Of a stretch of 46,389 bases of DNA, positions 21,452-34,607 are shown one piece after another. Made by a program: the position numbers and the translations under genes. This DNA comes from Octopus bimaculoides. Taxonomy: Eukaryota. Below the pieces are notes generated by a model that saw nothing but the letters and a program-made list of their open reading frames with translations, ran no database searches and was not told the DNA's origin. Within the stretch, counting starts at the first letter, position 1. Every line of letters starts with the position of its first letter. The DNA lies in the NCBI RefSeq assembly GCF_001194135.2, contig NC_068984.1, positions 83,750,045-83,796,433 on the forward strand. The letters are read 5' to 3'.

Positions 21452-24017
21452 AAGAAGGTAATATATTGACTGAATATATATTTTAGCAAGAAACACACAA
21501 GACGAGAATAATAATTTGTTCAATACAGACTAATAGCATGCAAATTAGAAGTATGCAGATGTAGCATGCTTACTTTTTAGTAGTAACCTACTCGGAAATG
21601 TAAACATGTGTGGAAATGAAGATTTGTGCTTGCCACAGATTTAAGTTAGATTTTCACATCAATACAATTCTCGTTTATTCATTCACAAAGTGAGGCCCAG
21701 TGAACCAGGTCCACAATTTTCAAGTGCAGCTGTTACACTTCACTAACACCATTGCTAGAGTCTTCAATGCCACAATGCCAAAAAAACTAAAAACATAAAC
21801 ACTGGAGTGTTTTCAACAAATCAACTTCATGACTCAGTGTTAATTTATGACTGGAACCGTTTCACATCAATTACATCACTAAAGATCTTAATGAGAAGCA
21901 CTACAGCTACAACTTACTATTTCTTCTTTAAAAATTTTCAGCATCAAAACTACATTAGAAATACTTACTTATTCATAGAGCATAACTATACCATCAGAAC
22001 CTTATCTTAGCAATAAGTATTTGGTGCCCTTCAACTGAAGGTCACATCCTTTTAGCTCAACTTGAACTCAATCAGGTCTTCCCATTTTAACATTTAGACA
22101 AGAGTTATCTATATTGCTTCTTCAATAGTTACAGCACTATGTTGTTGCTGTAACTACAGTAAATCCTGAGATCCAACTTTTGACAAGTCTAATAGGGTTG
22201 GCTAATAAATCATCATAAGGGATATAACTCTTTGTTGATAGCCAACCCTGAGACAGCAATGTTCAGGTGGTGATCCATAGAACGTTCATATTTCAGACAC
22301 AGTTACCCAGAAACACTCCCCACTATTACATCAAATATACAAAGACCTCTAATGTGAACTTCCAGACTATTAGGTCAAACATACTAGTAGAATTTCAGCT
22401 GAAATTTACAATCTACAATCAAACCAAAGTAACAGCTATTTCCTCATTATCAGTGTTAACAAAACTACAAGAGATTCCATTGGAGAGTCTAGTTGTTGCT
22501 GTTCAAAAGTTCTCGAAAATAATCTGAGGAAAGACATGGTGGTCAGTAATGACAAAATTCATTTAATAATGTTTGAAAATTTAGATAGTTATACACTAAG
22601 GAGATTTTGTGAGTAGTGATGTTTCAAGCAAATCTCTTTAAACAGAGAAATTGAAATATCCCAAGATTTGCTTGAAATATCAGTAATCACATCTCTTGAG
22701 AGCTTTATATTTCATATTATTTCTCTTTGTGAGTGAGTATTCTATCATTACTCACAAAGAGGATTCAATGCTAATTTTGTTTTCCATATTGTTAATCTGT
22801 TCTTTATCTACTCTGATGTCTTCAAATTCAAGCCAACATCTACGCTAACACCATTATCATTAAGGTCATATAATCAAAAAGCATTTCAGCTGGTTAAGTA
22901 GGTAAAAAGCTAGACTACTAGCTGAAGGGTGAACAGATCCCACCCTTGTAAGGGTGCTACATTGTATCCTTAGTAAAAACAATTCTCCCTTTCCATGTCC
23001 AGCTAGTTATAAATATGTATCTAGATGAGATAGAGTTCAATGAAGTATGTTAAAATAATTAACAAATATTTAATTACATTGCAGTATTGATCAGTAAGAT
23101 TCTCGTGGATAAAGAAAAAAATGTATTCACCTTTGAATTACTGCATAAAAATGAAATCATCAGTAGTATTCCTACAACCCTATAATAATGGAGCATTCAC
23201 TTCGTTATCTACATCAGTAGACCTGCTAGTTATACTGTGATACAAAACCAACATCTTGTTATACATTTGTCTTAATATTCTTCTCTGAACTATCTATACA
23301 AACCATAGCTACACTACAGGAAGTTTTCTCTTACCCTGTATATTCCTATTTTTTACAAACTACTATCACTTTAGAATATCAAATTTTCTCCACTCTCAAC
23401 CTCATCTTCAATGTGTTGGGTAATACTACCTCTTAAGTTCTCATTTCCTTTACCCTATCCAAGCTTTTTATTTAAAAATCCCATGTTTCTACATTATGCC
23501 ACCTTATTACAATTCATGTTCTATTGCTACACTAAACACTTATTACTCTAACCACCTACAAAAAAAACAGCAGTAGAATGTGATTTCCCAGTCTAAGAGC
23601 TTATAGTCCTCTCAGTTCACCCACTCAACTATTTTACCTCAATAAATTTGAGCCAAGGAAACCGTTGCAAAATCAACCAGCTAGAAATAGTGAACAAAGC
23701 ATTCCAGATACACCATCTAGAATGCTTTTGCCCATAGATCTGCTTGATGAGGGTTGACTAGGGCTAAACAATAACCTCAGCAATTTCACAAGCACACATA
23801 TATATATATGATGGGCAACTATCTCTTTTGTTTGGAGATTTTAAAATAAATTAGAGCCATAAACATAGCATTATGTAAATAGCTGAGATGGAAAATGGAA
23901 GTTAAGGAAGAATACTGACAAAAAGAAAATCAAAACTGAGAATTAATTAGAGAAGCTGAAATGTCATAGATGCAACTGAGAATATTAATAAATAATCAAT
24001 GATAATCAATGACTTAC

Positions 24018-27000
24018 TGCTAGCAACTGACCGCTCCTGGGCACCAGGCCTTCCACGCCGGATAAGTGGAGGTTTGACATCAGACGATTCTTTACAATCA
24101 CTTCCATCCACTTTCTCACCACCATCGCTCTGTTTTGTAACATTGCTTTCCATCACTTCCTTATTAGGAAGCCAGTCATGAGACTGGATACAGTTCTCCA
24201 CCAATTCCACCTGTTTCTCTTTTTCTAGGTGTTGCCCATCAGTTATAGCTGAAGCAGCTGAATCCTGATGAGATTCAGAATTGTTGCTGGCTTCCTGTAT
24301 AGCATCTTGTTCTGCAGATCTGCAGTCATTGACAGATTCATGAGACACTACAGTTGCACTCTGGCTGTCAATATTGTTGCACAAAACCGCATCAGCTTCT
24401 GAGGTTCGATGCGAGTCTTCTGTTGGCACAGCCAACGTGGACTGATCAGGACTGACCCCATGGGAGAGTTTACTGGGCAGCGTGTTACCAAGATTAGCAC
24501 CTGAACTTTGAGAACTAGAACTGGTTCCTTCACTGAGCTGGTCAGCTGCAGTGCCAGAAGAATTACTAGAATCATGTTCCCTGAGAGAATGTTCCGATCG
24601 CTGGTGATGCTGCTCTCCATTGCCCATGTTAGCTAACTCAGCTTTATGACACACACGATTCACAGGAGACGATGTTGTATTGGCAGGCTCAAGGGGTTTA
24701 ATAGCATCAGTGTGATTCTGTGTGTCACCCTCCACATTTCCGCCTGTTTCTTCAGCATGCAAACTACCTACAGATGTCTTCTGCTCTGATGTGACAGCTG
24801 GGACTTGAGCTGCTTCATCTGGGCATGTAATGGCACTATCTGAATCCTGTGGATTTGTAACAGTGGTCAAACAGTTCCCTTCTGCTGAACTAAGCGATGG
24901 TGTACTTTCATAATCTGTGCTCTGCAAATGCTTCTCACTTTTCTCAGCTAAGCTTCCTGCCGGCCTCTTGCTACCATTGTGCATGTTGAGATTAGAGCTC
25001 ACAGCTTCAGTGAGGTGGGTTTGCAAGGCAGCCTGCTGACCAGCAACAGGCAGTGGAACAGAAACTGCTGCAGACACCCTTTGCATTGACAATTGTTCAG
25101 ATGTTGCTTCTGCACTCAAACCTGGTAGGCTCTGCTGATTGGTGAAGCTAGTTAAGCTTTCACTTGAGGGCACAGCGGTAGTTGGCTGTGTCAACAGTTT
25201 ACTACTAGACTCATAGTTCATAGCACCAGACTGAAGCTGAAACCGTTCCAATGCTAATTGGGACGCATTTTGGTTAACACTCCTAGGATTAGTTTGTTGC
25301 TGATGATGATGATTTTGCTGTTGCTGTTGTTGATGGTGTGAGTCAACCAACGTCACATTAGATGACGACTGACTTGCTTGGAGAGCAGATGCCAATGTCA
25401 TCGGATTTGCATGGGTAGCAATGTTCAAAGATGAGAGGATATTAGGAGCCCCTAAACTGTCAACATAGGAGACAGAAGTCCCATGAGATATTTCAGCAGT
25501 GTGTGAAATGGATGTGGAGAAGGATGTGGAAAATGAAGAGCGTAAGGGAGAGGACGAAGCTGTGTTGGTGATGGGTAAAGTGGTGGAGGTGATCGTGTTA
25601 GTAGGGGTGCTGCCTTTTCTAGCAGTTGATGCCAGAAAATTAACCACATGCTCTTCAACTTGACAGTCTAGATTTCTATTTAAGTCCCGCTGTTTGGTTC
25701 CAGACAATGCTGCAGGCAGTGTAGTGATACTACTCGCTGTCGTCAAGAACTGCTGCTGTTGAGATGGTGGAATAACCGACGAGTGAAGACTTACAGGCAC
25801 ATCAAAAGAATTTAGAATCCGTTCAGAAGAATCTAAGGTTTTATCCTCTGGAGAATCTATCAGCATCTGCTGGTGTTCTAAATGTTGCAAGCCAAGTCTC
25901 TGGGATACATTACCCAGGGCAGAAGTAGAAGCAGTTGCATGAGTTGATAGGTTTTCTCCAGGATAAACCTGAGAGAAAGATTGGTGATCTAATGAGGCCA
26001 CTTGAGCCAGAGTTGATGGAGTGTAACTAACCAGAGGAGCTGGTAGACTCTGGACCATATTATGCATAGTTGAAAGTTGAGGTGTGCTTGTGTGGCTTGA
26101 GAGAACCCAAGAGTTCTGACTAGAAGAAAGTGATGATGAGTTGAGAGGAGAAACTGGAGCTTGGGATGAAGTGTGTATGTGATCTACAAGAGTCTGTGCT
26201 CGTGGTGAGCCAATTGGGGGGTGTTTGCCATGGTGTGGACTAGAACGAGGAGATGTAGACGTACTAACTGCCTGCTGTCGGATGGAGCTACTGACAGGAG
26301 ACTTACGAATGCGAGGTAGAGAGTGGTCACTTGATGGAAGGGGCTTTACTAGGCGCTGAACTGATTCAGTGAGTCTCTTTGGTAAGGGCAAGTCAGGGGC
26401 ATATAAGTGCGGTAAGCAATTTACTGTGTTTACAGATGTTGAGCCTGACCGTTTCGTATAAATGCTCGTGATGTTGGACCCTTTGGCTGAATCTTGACAG
26501 CTAGCTGCTCCAAGTGACACTTTCAGGGAGTTTGCAGAACAAACATTCGTACTCCCTGTAGTTGTACTAGCAAGCCCAGCACTACTGCCACTATTACTGT
26601 GACTACTACTCATGGTAGATTCAGCAAGAGTGCTGTTAGAAGATAAAATCGCCGATAGGCCACTACCAAGGATGTTACTCAAGTCGGCCACTGTCACCTG
26701 CAGGGTAGTTTTCTCCATCATTGTACATTTGTCCAAAACACCTGATGAAGAGTCTTTTAGAGAACTGCACACTGATATCTCAATTTCTTTTGATTGGCCT
26801 GGTTGAGAAAGAAAAATGCCACCATTCAGTCCATTGTTGCAATCAACTTGTACCTTAGGTTGTTGGAATTCTTCTGTTGTAATAGACTTGTTAAAAAGTT
26901 CAACATCAGATGACATTAGATGTGATAATGATGCAAATGATCTACTAGAAGGACATAGTATTGCTGTGGTGACATCTGTGTTTATTAGAGTGTTCAGTTT

Positions 27001-27410
27001 GTCCTTTCCTAAACTTGAAATATCCGTGTTCTTACTTTCAGCTAATTTGGAGATTTCCTGAGTCAGTCCTTTGTCCAGCTCACTGGACAGTGTTGCAAGG
27101 GCCAGAGAAGACAGCATTTGGTGAGAAAGCTGCTGAGAGGCATCTGATTGTTCGGTGGTGCCTGATCCACGACTCGTGATGTTGGACAACGAGCAAGTAC
27201 TGCTGACAGGGGCTCTACTGTGGGACACGGCCACCCCACTGCCACTAACAGCCGATGGATTATTTAGCTGTTCCTTGGTTGTACCAGTATCTCCACCAGA
27301 TAGCATAGCTGCCATTTTGGCACTAGCTGGGAATATAGGGTTACACCATGTTGTAGATGCTGCCAAACTTCCTTGCTGACTTGCCATTGTTGTCAAGTGC
27401 TCAGGAGCTA
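24018..27410 (-). CDS. NCOA6: NCOA6 homologue, coding exon B (3393 bp), S/T/Q-rich low-complexity region
   Basis: Stop-free 1131 codons. Pyrimidine-rich acceptor tttcttttcttttcttatctag|TAG at 27410 (alternative at 27407) and donor GCA|gtaagt at 24018. Phase 1/1, in frame with exon A. Assignment to the same gene is inferred from strand, phase and composition. Confidence 0.85.
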
Positions 27411-28715
27411 CTAGATAAGAAAAGAAAAGAAACATATTAAAATATATTAACAATTGGATAATAAAAAAAATCATTTTTAAAGCATAAAGTATAAAAATAA
27501 GTTATCTCCCTTATGTTCTAGTCTAAAATACATTTTTATTCACATTAAATCAAAAATCTAGTTGCTAAATTTAACAGAAGCCAGCTTCTATAAAAGAAGG
27601 ATACCATATCTAAAACAAAGGAACCTTGGAATAACATTGTTTTTATTATGTAACAGGAGTTATATTTGATACTTCCTGACATGATGCAAGGAGAGGCAAG
27701 CAATGAATTAAAAGAGAAACAAGCCAGGAAAGATGAGAAAAAAAAGGTTCCTCAAATCCAGCTCAAATCAGCACTGACTGAAGTTAACCTGTTTCAAAAA
27801 TATTTCTTTAAATAAAAACAAATCACAAAACATATTCTTTTGTGAGACTCAATTATTCACCAACATATAAAAACACATCAATCAATGAAAATATTATCAG
27901 AAGTGGGGTTTCTTTCATAAAATATTGCCAATGGTGGATTTCCACTATTGCCAATAGTGGATTTCTTCCAGTTGCAGAATAGAAGAGTGACATAAAAATA
28001 GAGTAGTAGTTTGATATTTTAGATAAATATAGCTCTACTGTGAAGACTGTTCAACATATTTTCAAGAAATATCTATTGTAGTATGTTAAATATATTGAAG
28101 AATTCAAAAATATTACAATCTACCAACACTGATGCTTATCATAGTCATCTGCTCTTAGATAATCCATTTACAGAGCAATCTTCTAAACTAGGCATATTAA
28201 CCTGTAAATTTATTGGTATATGGGACTTATGAGAGAAACACAGTTGACGTGCTGAAGAAGCAAGAGTCTTGAGGTCTTGAAGGGGGAGAAAATTTGAAAA
28301 TAATGGTAATATCGATCTTTTCTTCAAAGTGCTGATGATAGGAATCAAAACTGGTTCTTGGTATCAACTTCCAAGAATAATAACTAGCAGTGCCCATAGA
28401 GATTCCATGATAATTTTGATAACTGTGAGATAAATGGAAGTTTAAAGAGACCCTCATTATTTCTTCTGAAATTGTATTTTTGCTGAAACAAATGATTCTT
28501 GAGATAGTGTAAAAGTTCACATAGGTTGTACTGAAGTATAGTCATAAGAGAGAACATCTTTGAAAGCTATATTCTTTGTTATACAATTGTCACTCTTCCA
28601 CCTTGAGAGTTTTTGCCTGACTAGACTTGAACCCATAATCCCAATGAACAACATATAGTTATTCCACAACTACAATTTCTACATATAAAAAAAAATAAAT
28701 AAAACGTAATAGTAA

Positions 28716-28830
28716 TATAGGCACAAGCATAACTGTATGGTTGAAATGTGTGCTTAGAAACCATGCAGTTCTGGGTTCAGTCCCACTACTTCCATAGCCT
28801 CAAGTTAATAATGCCTTGAGTAGAAGCCAG
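28716..28830 (+). mobile_element. SINE family B, degenerate
   Basis: aggcacaagcataactgtatgg...ctgggttcagtcccact. Confidence 0.6.
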
Positions 28831-29899
28831 TCGTGTGTGCACATGCTTAAATTCAAGCTACTTAAAACCAACATTTATGCATAGCAATTCAACAAATGCA
28901 CATCTGCAAAATTATCAGACTTTAAAATATGTAGTGGAGTCAATATGCTAGACTAAACCTTTGAAGGTAGTTCCCCAGCAGCATTGCAATCCAGTAAGTA
29001 AAATACGAAATGAATAAAAGAATGCATATACCATACTTATACTAATAACATTTATTTATTTAACAATCATCTTTAAATATTGTAATATAAATTGGTTACA
29101 GCTTCAATTTTCTTCGGTAAGTTATCAGTCTTATGAATAATGCAAACTTTATGCCAGTGATTTCATTTCATAATTAGAACATTACTATATATAGACAGGA
29201 GCAGAATAATATAATTGGTTAACAGATGTAAAAGGTTTGATTTAGCAGATGACAGATAATTGTATTAAAGTGAATGAACTCACCAAGATACTTTTTATAA
29301 TTTACCATACCTCATTTTTTTTACACCCTCTCATATTTGCTACTATTATCAAATCACTCATATTTGCTGTCAATGGCCCTCTCTCACTTATGTACCTTTG
29401 ACGTCCATCTTTGTCACTATACATATATCTCTCTCCTTATTTTCTGATCTATCTACAGGTTTTTATCATACTGCTGTTCTCCACTCTTCTTGTACTACCA
29501 CTCATCTCCTCCTTTCTGAGTCACTCCTGCTTCTTTCACCTTCCTCTCCATATGGATATTTACCATTTCTACTTTTATTCATTATTCACTATATTCAAAT
29601 TCTACCACTATCTCTAACTATCTGTCACTCTTCCCTCACACTCTTAGGAATTTATCTACCTACTCTGTATTCTTTCTTATACTCACCTTCTTCTATCTTA
29701 AGAACACACTCTTCTTTCCAGCTACTCACACCCACTCTTAATGCAGGGTAGCTATGTATCTACTCTATAACTAGACACTTGTTCTTCCCCTCTTTCATAT
29801 CTTAGTCTCTCAATTCTTTGCATAGACACCTTCCTCTCTACTACAGTCCCAGTTAGTGGGGGGAGGTCTTTTTCTTTCGTCTTGCAAATTACTTGACAA

Positions 29900-30085
29900 C
29901 CTCATTAGTGCCAGTGTCAAAAAGAAAAAAAAAACACCCCGTACATTCTCTTAATTAGTTGGTATTTGTAAGAGCACCCAGCCAAATCAGACATTGGAGC
30001 TTAATGCAGTCCTCTGGCTTGTTAGATCCTGTCAAACTATCCAACCTATTCCAGCATGGAAGATAGATGAAGATGAGTTCAATAA
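29900..30085 (-). mobile_element. Repeat family D, degenerate minus copy
   Basis: gccaaatcagacattggagc...ccagcatggaagatagatg is the reverse complement of the family D start. Confidence 0.55.
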
Positions 30086-30954
30086 TAAAAAAACTCTACT
30101 TTATGTCATTCCCATCTTCATAAACCAATATCTCTACCAATGGCACCACTACCAGCTTAACAGCATCCTTATTTTCATTATAACATGTATGATGTGCATG
30201 TAATATGCCAATAAGTCTTCCCTTTCCTCTATTTGCCTTCTGCTATGTTCCCTCTGGTAGTAATCCTAGACATGCAATCTCCAAACAAATGATAGGATAG
30301 AATGCCTGTGATTATACATTTGCTTAATTAGATCTAGAACTAATTTATTTGTATGCGTGCATGTGCATGCATGTGTGTGTGTGAGTCTACTCAATTTGAA
30401 ATTATTTCAGTTGATATGTTTAATGCTGGACAATTTGAATGATCATGACTCTTTTAAACTATGATGGAATTTTCAATTCAGATCATTCAAGTCAGCGAAA
30501 CAAAGTAATGTCAATTGTCATAAACATGCACAACACAATGACTAGCAAAAAGTTACTGAAAACGTTCCCCAAGTCTTTCATAAACAAATGATTTCTTTTT
30601 GACAAAAAATGGGAGAGGGACATTTATTTTTCTCTTTTTTCCAGGTGAGAGAAGAGATGTGGTTATAACATGTTAATAATTTGAAAAATTATAACCTGTT
30701 ATTTCCTAAGATAAAAAAATGTTCAATATGCAATTCCACAATTTGCACAATCTGGTCTCCAATCAACATCATGTTTTACTGGATGTATTCAGACAATTTT
30801 AAATCTAGTCTAGTACTATTTTATCTTTTGCTTATTTCAGCCACAAGACTGCAACCATGCTAGGATATCGCTTGGGAGAATTTTAGCTAAACAAATTAAC
30901 CCCAGCTGACAGGTGGGGGAGGGGGAAAAAAATCCACACACTTCTTTTAGTTTT

Positions 30955-31077
30955 GGTCTACCAAATCAACTCACAAGGCTTTGGTAGTCCCGAGTCTATT
31001 GAAGGTGCACCACAGTGGGACTGAACCCAGAACCATGTGGTTGTGAAGCAAACTTCTTACCACAAAGCTGTGCATAT
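30955..31077 (-). mobile_element. SINE family B, minus copy
   Basis: ctaccaaatcaactcacaaggctttgg...cagtgggactgaacccagaaccatgtggttg. Confidence 0.7.
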
Positions 31078-31329
31078 CTTACACATATAGACAGAGAGAG
31101 TATAATTTACATTTTTAATTGCGATTCCTATGAGATAGAGTTCATGCTGACAGGATTTCAATTTAAGCAAGGTGAATTTAAATACTGTAATGCTTTTCAA
31201 CTTGTGTTCAACTCTAAGCAAATTCCACAACTTTTGAATAATAAAATAAAATAAGTGAAAATCACCAAAACTGATTGCATTTCTTAGTTAATCATGCTGC
31301 TGTAAAATAAAAGTTCTGGAAACTTATAA

Positions 31330-31470
31330 TATGGTTTGCAGATTGGCAGAGTGAATACAGCAACAGAGAAAATGTTTTGCAGTATTTAGCTGCAACATTT
31401 TTATGTTCTGAATTCAAATTCTGCCAATGCTAATGTTGACTTAGCCTTTCACCCTTTGCTTTTGAAGAGA
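31330..31470 (+). mobile_element. SINE family A, degenerate
   Basis: gttctgaattcaaattctgcc...gacttagcctttcaccc. Confidence 0.5.
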
Positions 31471-33899
31471 TAAAATTAAATTCCTTGCTGTGAAAAATTT
31501 ATGGCTTTGGATTTGCTAAATACTTTTAACGTTAATTTTCTGAAATATTCTGATTTGAGGAAAATAAATATGGGATACACATTTAATAACTAATTCAATA
31601 ATTTACACATACATATTTCTCTTTATAATTTTATTTTGAAAGCTTTCCGATTCTGGAGGAAGGGGCAATGGATGCTGTCAATGTCTTGTTTTGACTGCAC
31701 AGGTCAACATTTGCAAGAAAGACACAGAGAAAAAAATTGTAGACGGTTGATATTCTGGAAAGAACTGGCCATGGGGATTATTGCAGGCTGGTGGTAGATG
31801 CAATAAGAATGATGAGGTAGAGAAACTAGCAGATTGACAGTGCCTGAGTACAAGACCAGCCAACTCTGAGAAGCAGAAGCTATTATTGTAGCAAGAGAAA
31901 AAAATAAAGGAAACAGCACACTTGTGGACTAGAGAGTGGAATGTGTCCATGCCAATCATTCAGGTGTGACCTAACATGACTACGGAGGAAACAGCAGCAC
32001 CTTCCAAGATAGCAGTACAGTACTCCACTGTAGGCTCTTTTGAGCCTTCCAAAAGTAAGAGCAACTGTTAAGGGTTGAAGTATCTTCTGGCCCCAAAGAG
32101 AAGTGCTAGTTTTTGGGATGTGATCCTAACCAAGCTAAAAATACATTTTCACCATAAGAGATCCTCAGCAAATATGACATCTAGCATCTGGAGCATCTGT
32201 GAAGGTTCTGAGTGCCACATATTTAAAGGGTGTGTAGTGTAGTGGTGCTTTCTTAACATGAGTAGTGCTTGAGGCTTTTACTTCTTTTTCTATCAAAAAA
32301 GACAAAGTTGACATGGCTCCACTGAGAAAACTCAGTAGAGGTTTGGTTTGTGGTGTGTAACTTGCATGTGGATGATGTATAGTCAGGGAAAATGTGAATG
32401 ATGCATAGTCAAAAGGCAATGGTTATCCCAGAGTTATAGTAAGACATATTTGCTTACGGTATCACAGTGGACTGTAGCTGAAACTACAAGCAAGCTTATA
32501 ATGCATACTACTTTACATTGAAAGAGCATGTATGTGAGTATGCAACAATTTTAGACTAAAAGAAAAAAAAACATATTAAACCATCCAGGGATATGTACAT
32601 GGAAATACTTTCACTTGTTAAATGATGCATTATACGTGCCGAAGCATTCAGCAGGTTGACACTTTTCCAGTCTTACTGTCATAATGTTTAATATTATATA
32701 TATACCAAAATAAAATTTATCGTTTCTATTTTTAAACATTCATTTATTCCATTTTCCCTAGCTAGCAAAAATTAAATGAATACATATACATCTTACTGAA
32801 ACATTATTTTACAGCCAGATAACAATCATGTCACTAACCCTTGTCTACTTTTTGGGGGAAGTAATTTTTCATTCTACATGTCTTCAACAGCATGGAGCTA
32901 GCACATGATTAGTTGATAGGAAAATAATGACGAACTTCACCAATTGTAGTCCAGTGCAAAATGTAAACATTCACACATACATATCATCAATCTAACATTC
33001 ACATTTTCCATTCTTGCATGGGTCAAATGGAAATTGTTGAGGTAGTTTTCCAGATACCCTTCTGGCCACCAACTCTCTCTTGCTTCCAAACAAAATATTT
33101 CGTCATGACCAGACATTTTTACGGATGATAGGAAATAAATGAAACCACATGTTTAGCAGTAACACTCATTTACGTTTATCATCTAACTTCAAGAGGAGGA
33201 AGCACAAACTTACACATATACACATGTATGTGTGTGCATACATGCACGCGCACACACACACACACACACGCATGCCATGAAACCTCAAGTGGAGTCATAG
33301 AAGCACCATCATAATAGATGGTAAGCCTTAGGCATTTTAAACTAGATTAATTGCACTCTATTTTTTCCATAAAGAGAAGTAATGATCTTAGTACAGGAAA
33401 GGTACTTTCTATATTGGCCCCAAAAGGAAAATATTTTAACCCTGAGTATAGAGAATTGGAATTAATACCAAAAATCTATCTGATGCTCTAATAGCTGGGC
33501 CAATTTGCCTTATATATACATTTTATTAGTGACAGAAGTAGTACTGGTTCAGGATAGCATTCTATGCCTTACTTAACATGGATATACCACAAAAAACCAC
33601 TAAACTGCAGTGTCTTGAGAAAGCATCTGAAATAGATGTATAGTGCTGGTTTTCTATAGTATACCCACATTGAGTAAGATATACAGAATAATATCATCAT
33701 CTTTAACACCCATTTTTCATGCCGGCTAAAGTTGGGCACACACATACACGGTGTGATGGGTAAATTGTCACAATTTTTTTTTTTTTCCCACATGCACATT
33801 GTTTGTTTTTGATTTTGTTGACTACACAGTATAGTAGGGTCAACTGAGCACCATCTGTGAGAAAAACAGCAGCATGACATAATTCACTCTGTCAAAAAT

Positions 33900-34607
33900 T
33901 TGGAAACAACATCCTACACTGCTTGGTATTCATGCCAGAAGTTCCAATTTTGAGTGTCAACGTGAGGACAGTATATAGGATTTGGAAAGATTTGGATGAG
34001 TCTAATGGTAATTACGAAGGTGTTTGGAGTTATCATTAGTGATGGTGACGTTATGCTACCATTCATCTTCCCACACGGGCTCAGACTCAACACGGAGGCC
34101 TACCTCAAGTGCCTGGAGGAGGTAGTGCTGCCCTGGGTCAAGAGGGTGGCTGCTGGAAGACCCTATGTCTTGCAACAGGACTCAGCACCATGCCACACAC
34201 AAGCAGGAGAACCCAGTCATGGCTGTCAGACAATTTCTGTAACCACATCGCCCTTAACATCTGGTCACCTAACTCCCCAGACTGCAACCCCCTTGATTAT
34301 TATGTGTGGGGCACAGTTGAGCGAGAGACCAACAAAACTCCTTGTAATACCAAAGATGAACTGAAGGCAAGGATTATGGCAACATTCACCAACTTAAACA
34401 AGGAGACTGTCCAGAAGAGTTGCAGGAGATTCCAAAGTCGTATGGAGGCCATGGTTGATGCCAATGGCGACTTTATTGAATAAATTTACTCTTTAGCATT
34501 TCAAGATATTTTTATGTAATTTTGGTAAATATATCTGTTAAAATGAGATGTCAGTGTTATTTTCATTTTGTGTAATTTAGACAACAATTTATTCACTGCA
34601 CCCTGTA
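33900..34607 (+). mobile_element. Internally deleted Tc1/mariner-superfamily transposon of the DD37D (maT) type
   Basis: An HTH-like piece LSVNVRTVYRIWKDLDESNGNYEG (~33950-34020) is fused to the catalytic region GVIISDGDVMLPFIF...QQDSAPCHT/SRRTQSWL...WSPNSPDCNPLDYYVW...DANGDFIE*. After removing a 2-nt CA slippage there are 37 residues between the last two catalytic D. The right end reads ...ctgcaccctg|TA (34605/34606-07). Confidence 0.88.

Noticed and set aside
27411-27474. ORF-track start (MIFFIIQLLIYFNMFLFFSYL) and hydrophobic ends of the 1175-aa ORF
   Set aside because: These are intronic T-rich sequence read through the splice sites, not a signal peptide or transmembrane segment.
27941-27961. 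21-bp palindrome tccactattg-c-caatagtgga with an overlapping direct repeat
   Set aside because: Single short event, compatible with a local replication-slippage or template-switch duplication.
31678-32419. Short ORFs that look like retroelement remnants
   Set aside because: No diagnostic RT, integrase or endonuclease motif could be read.
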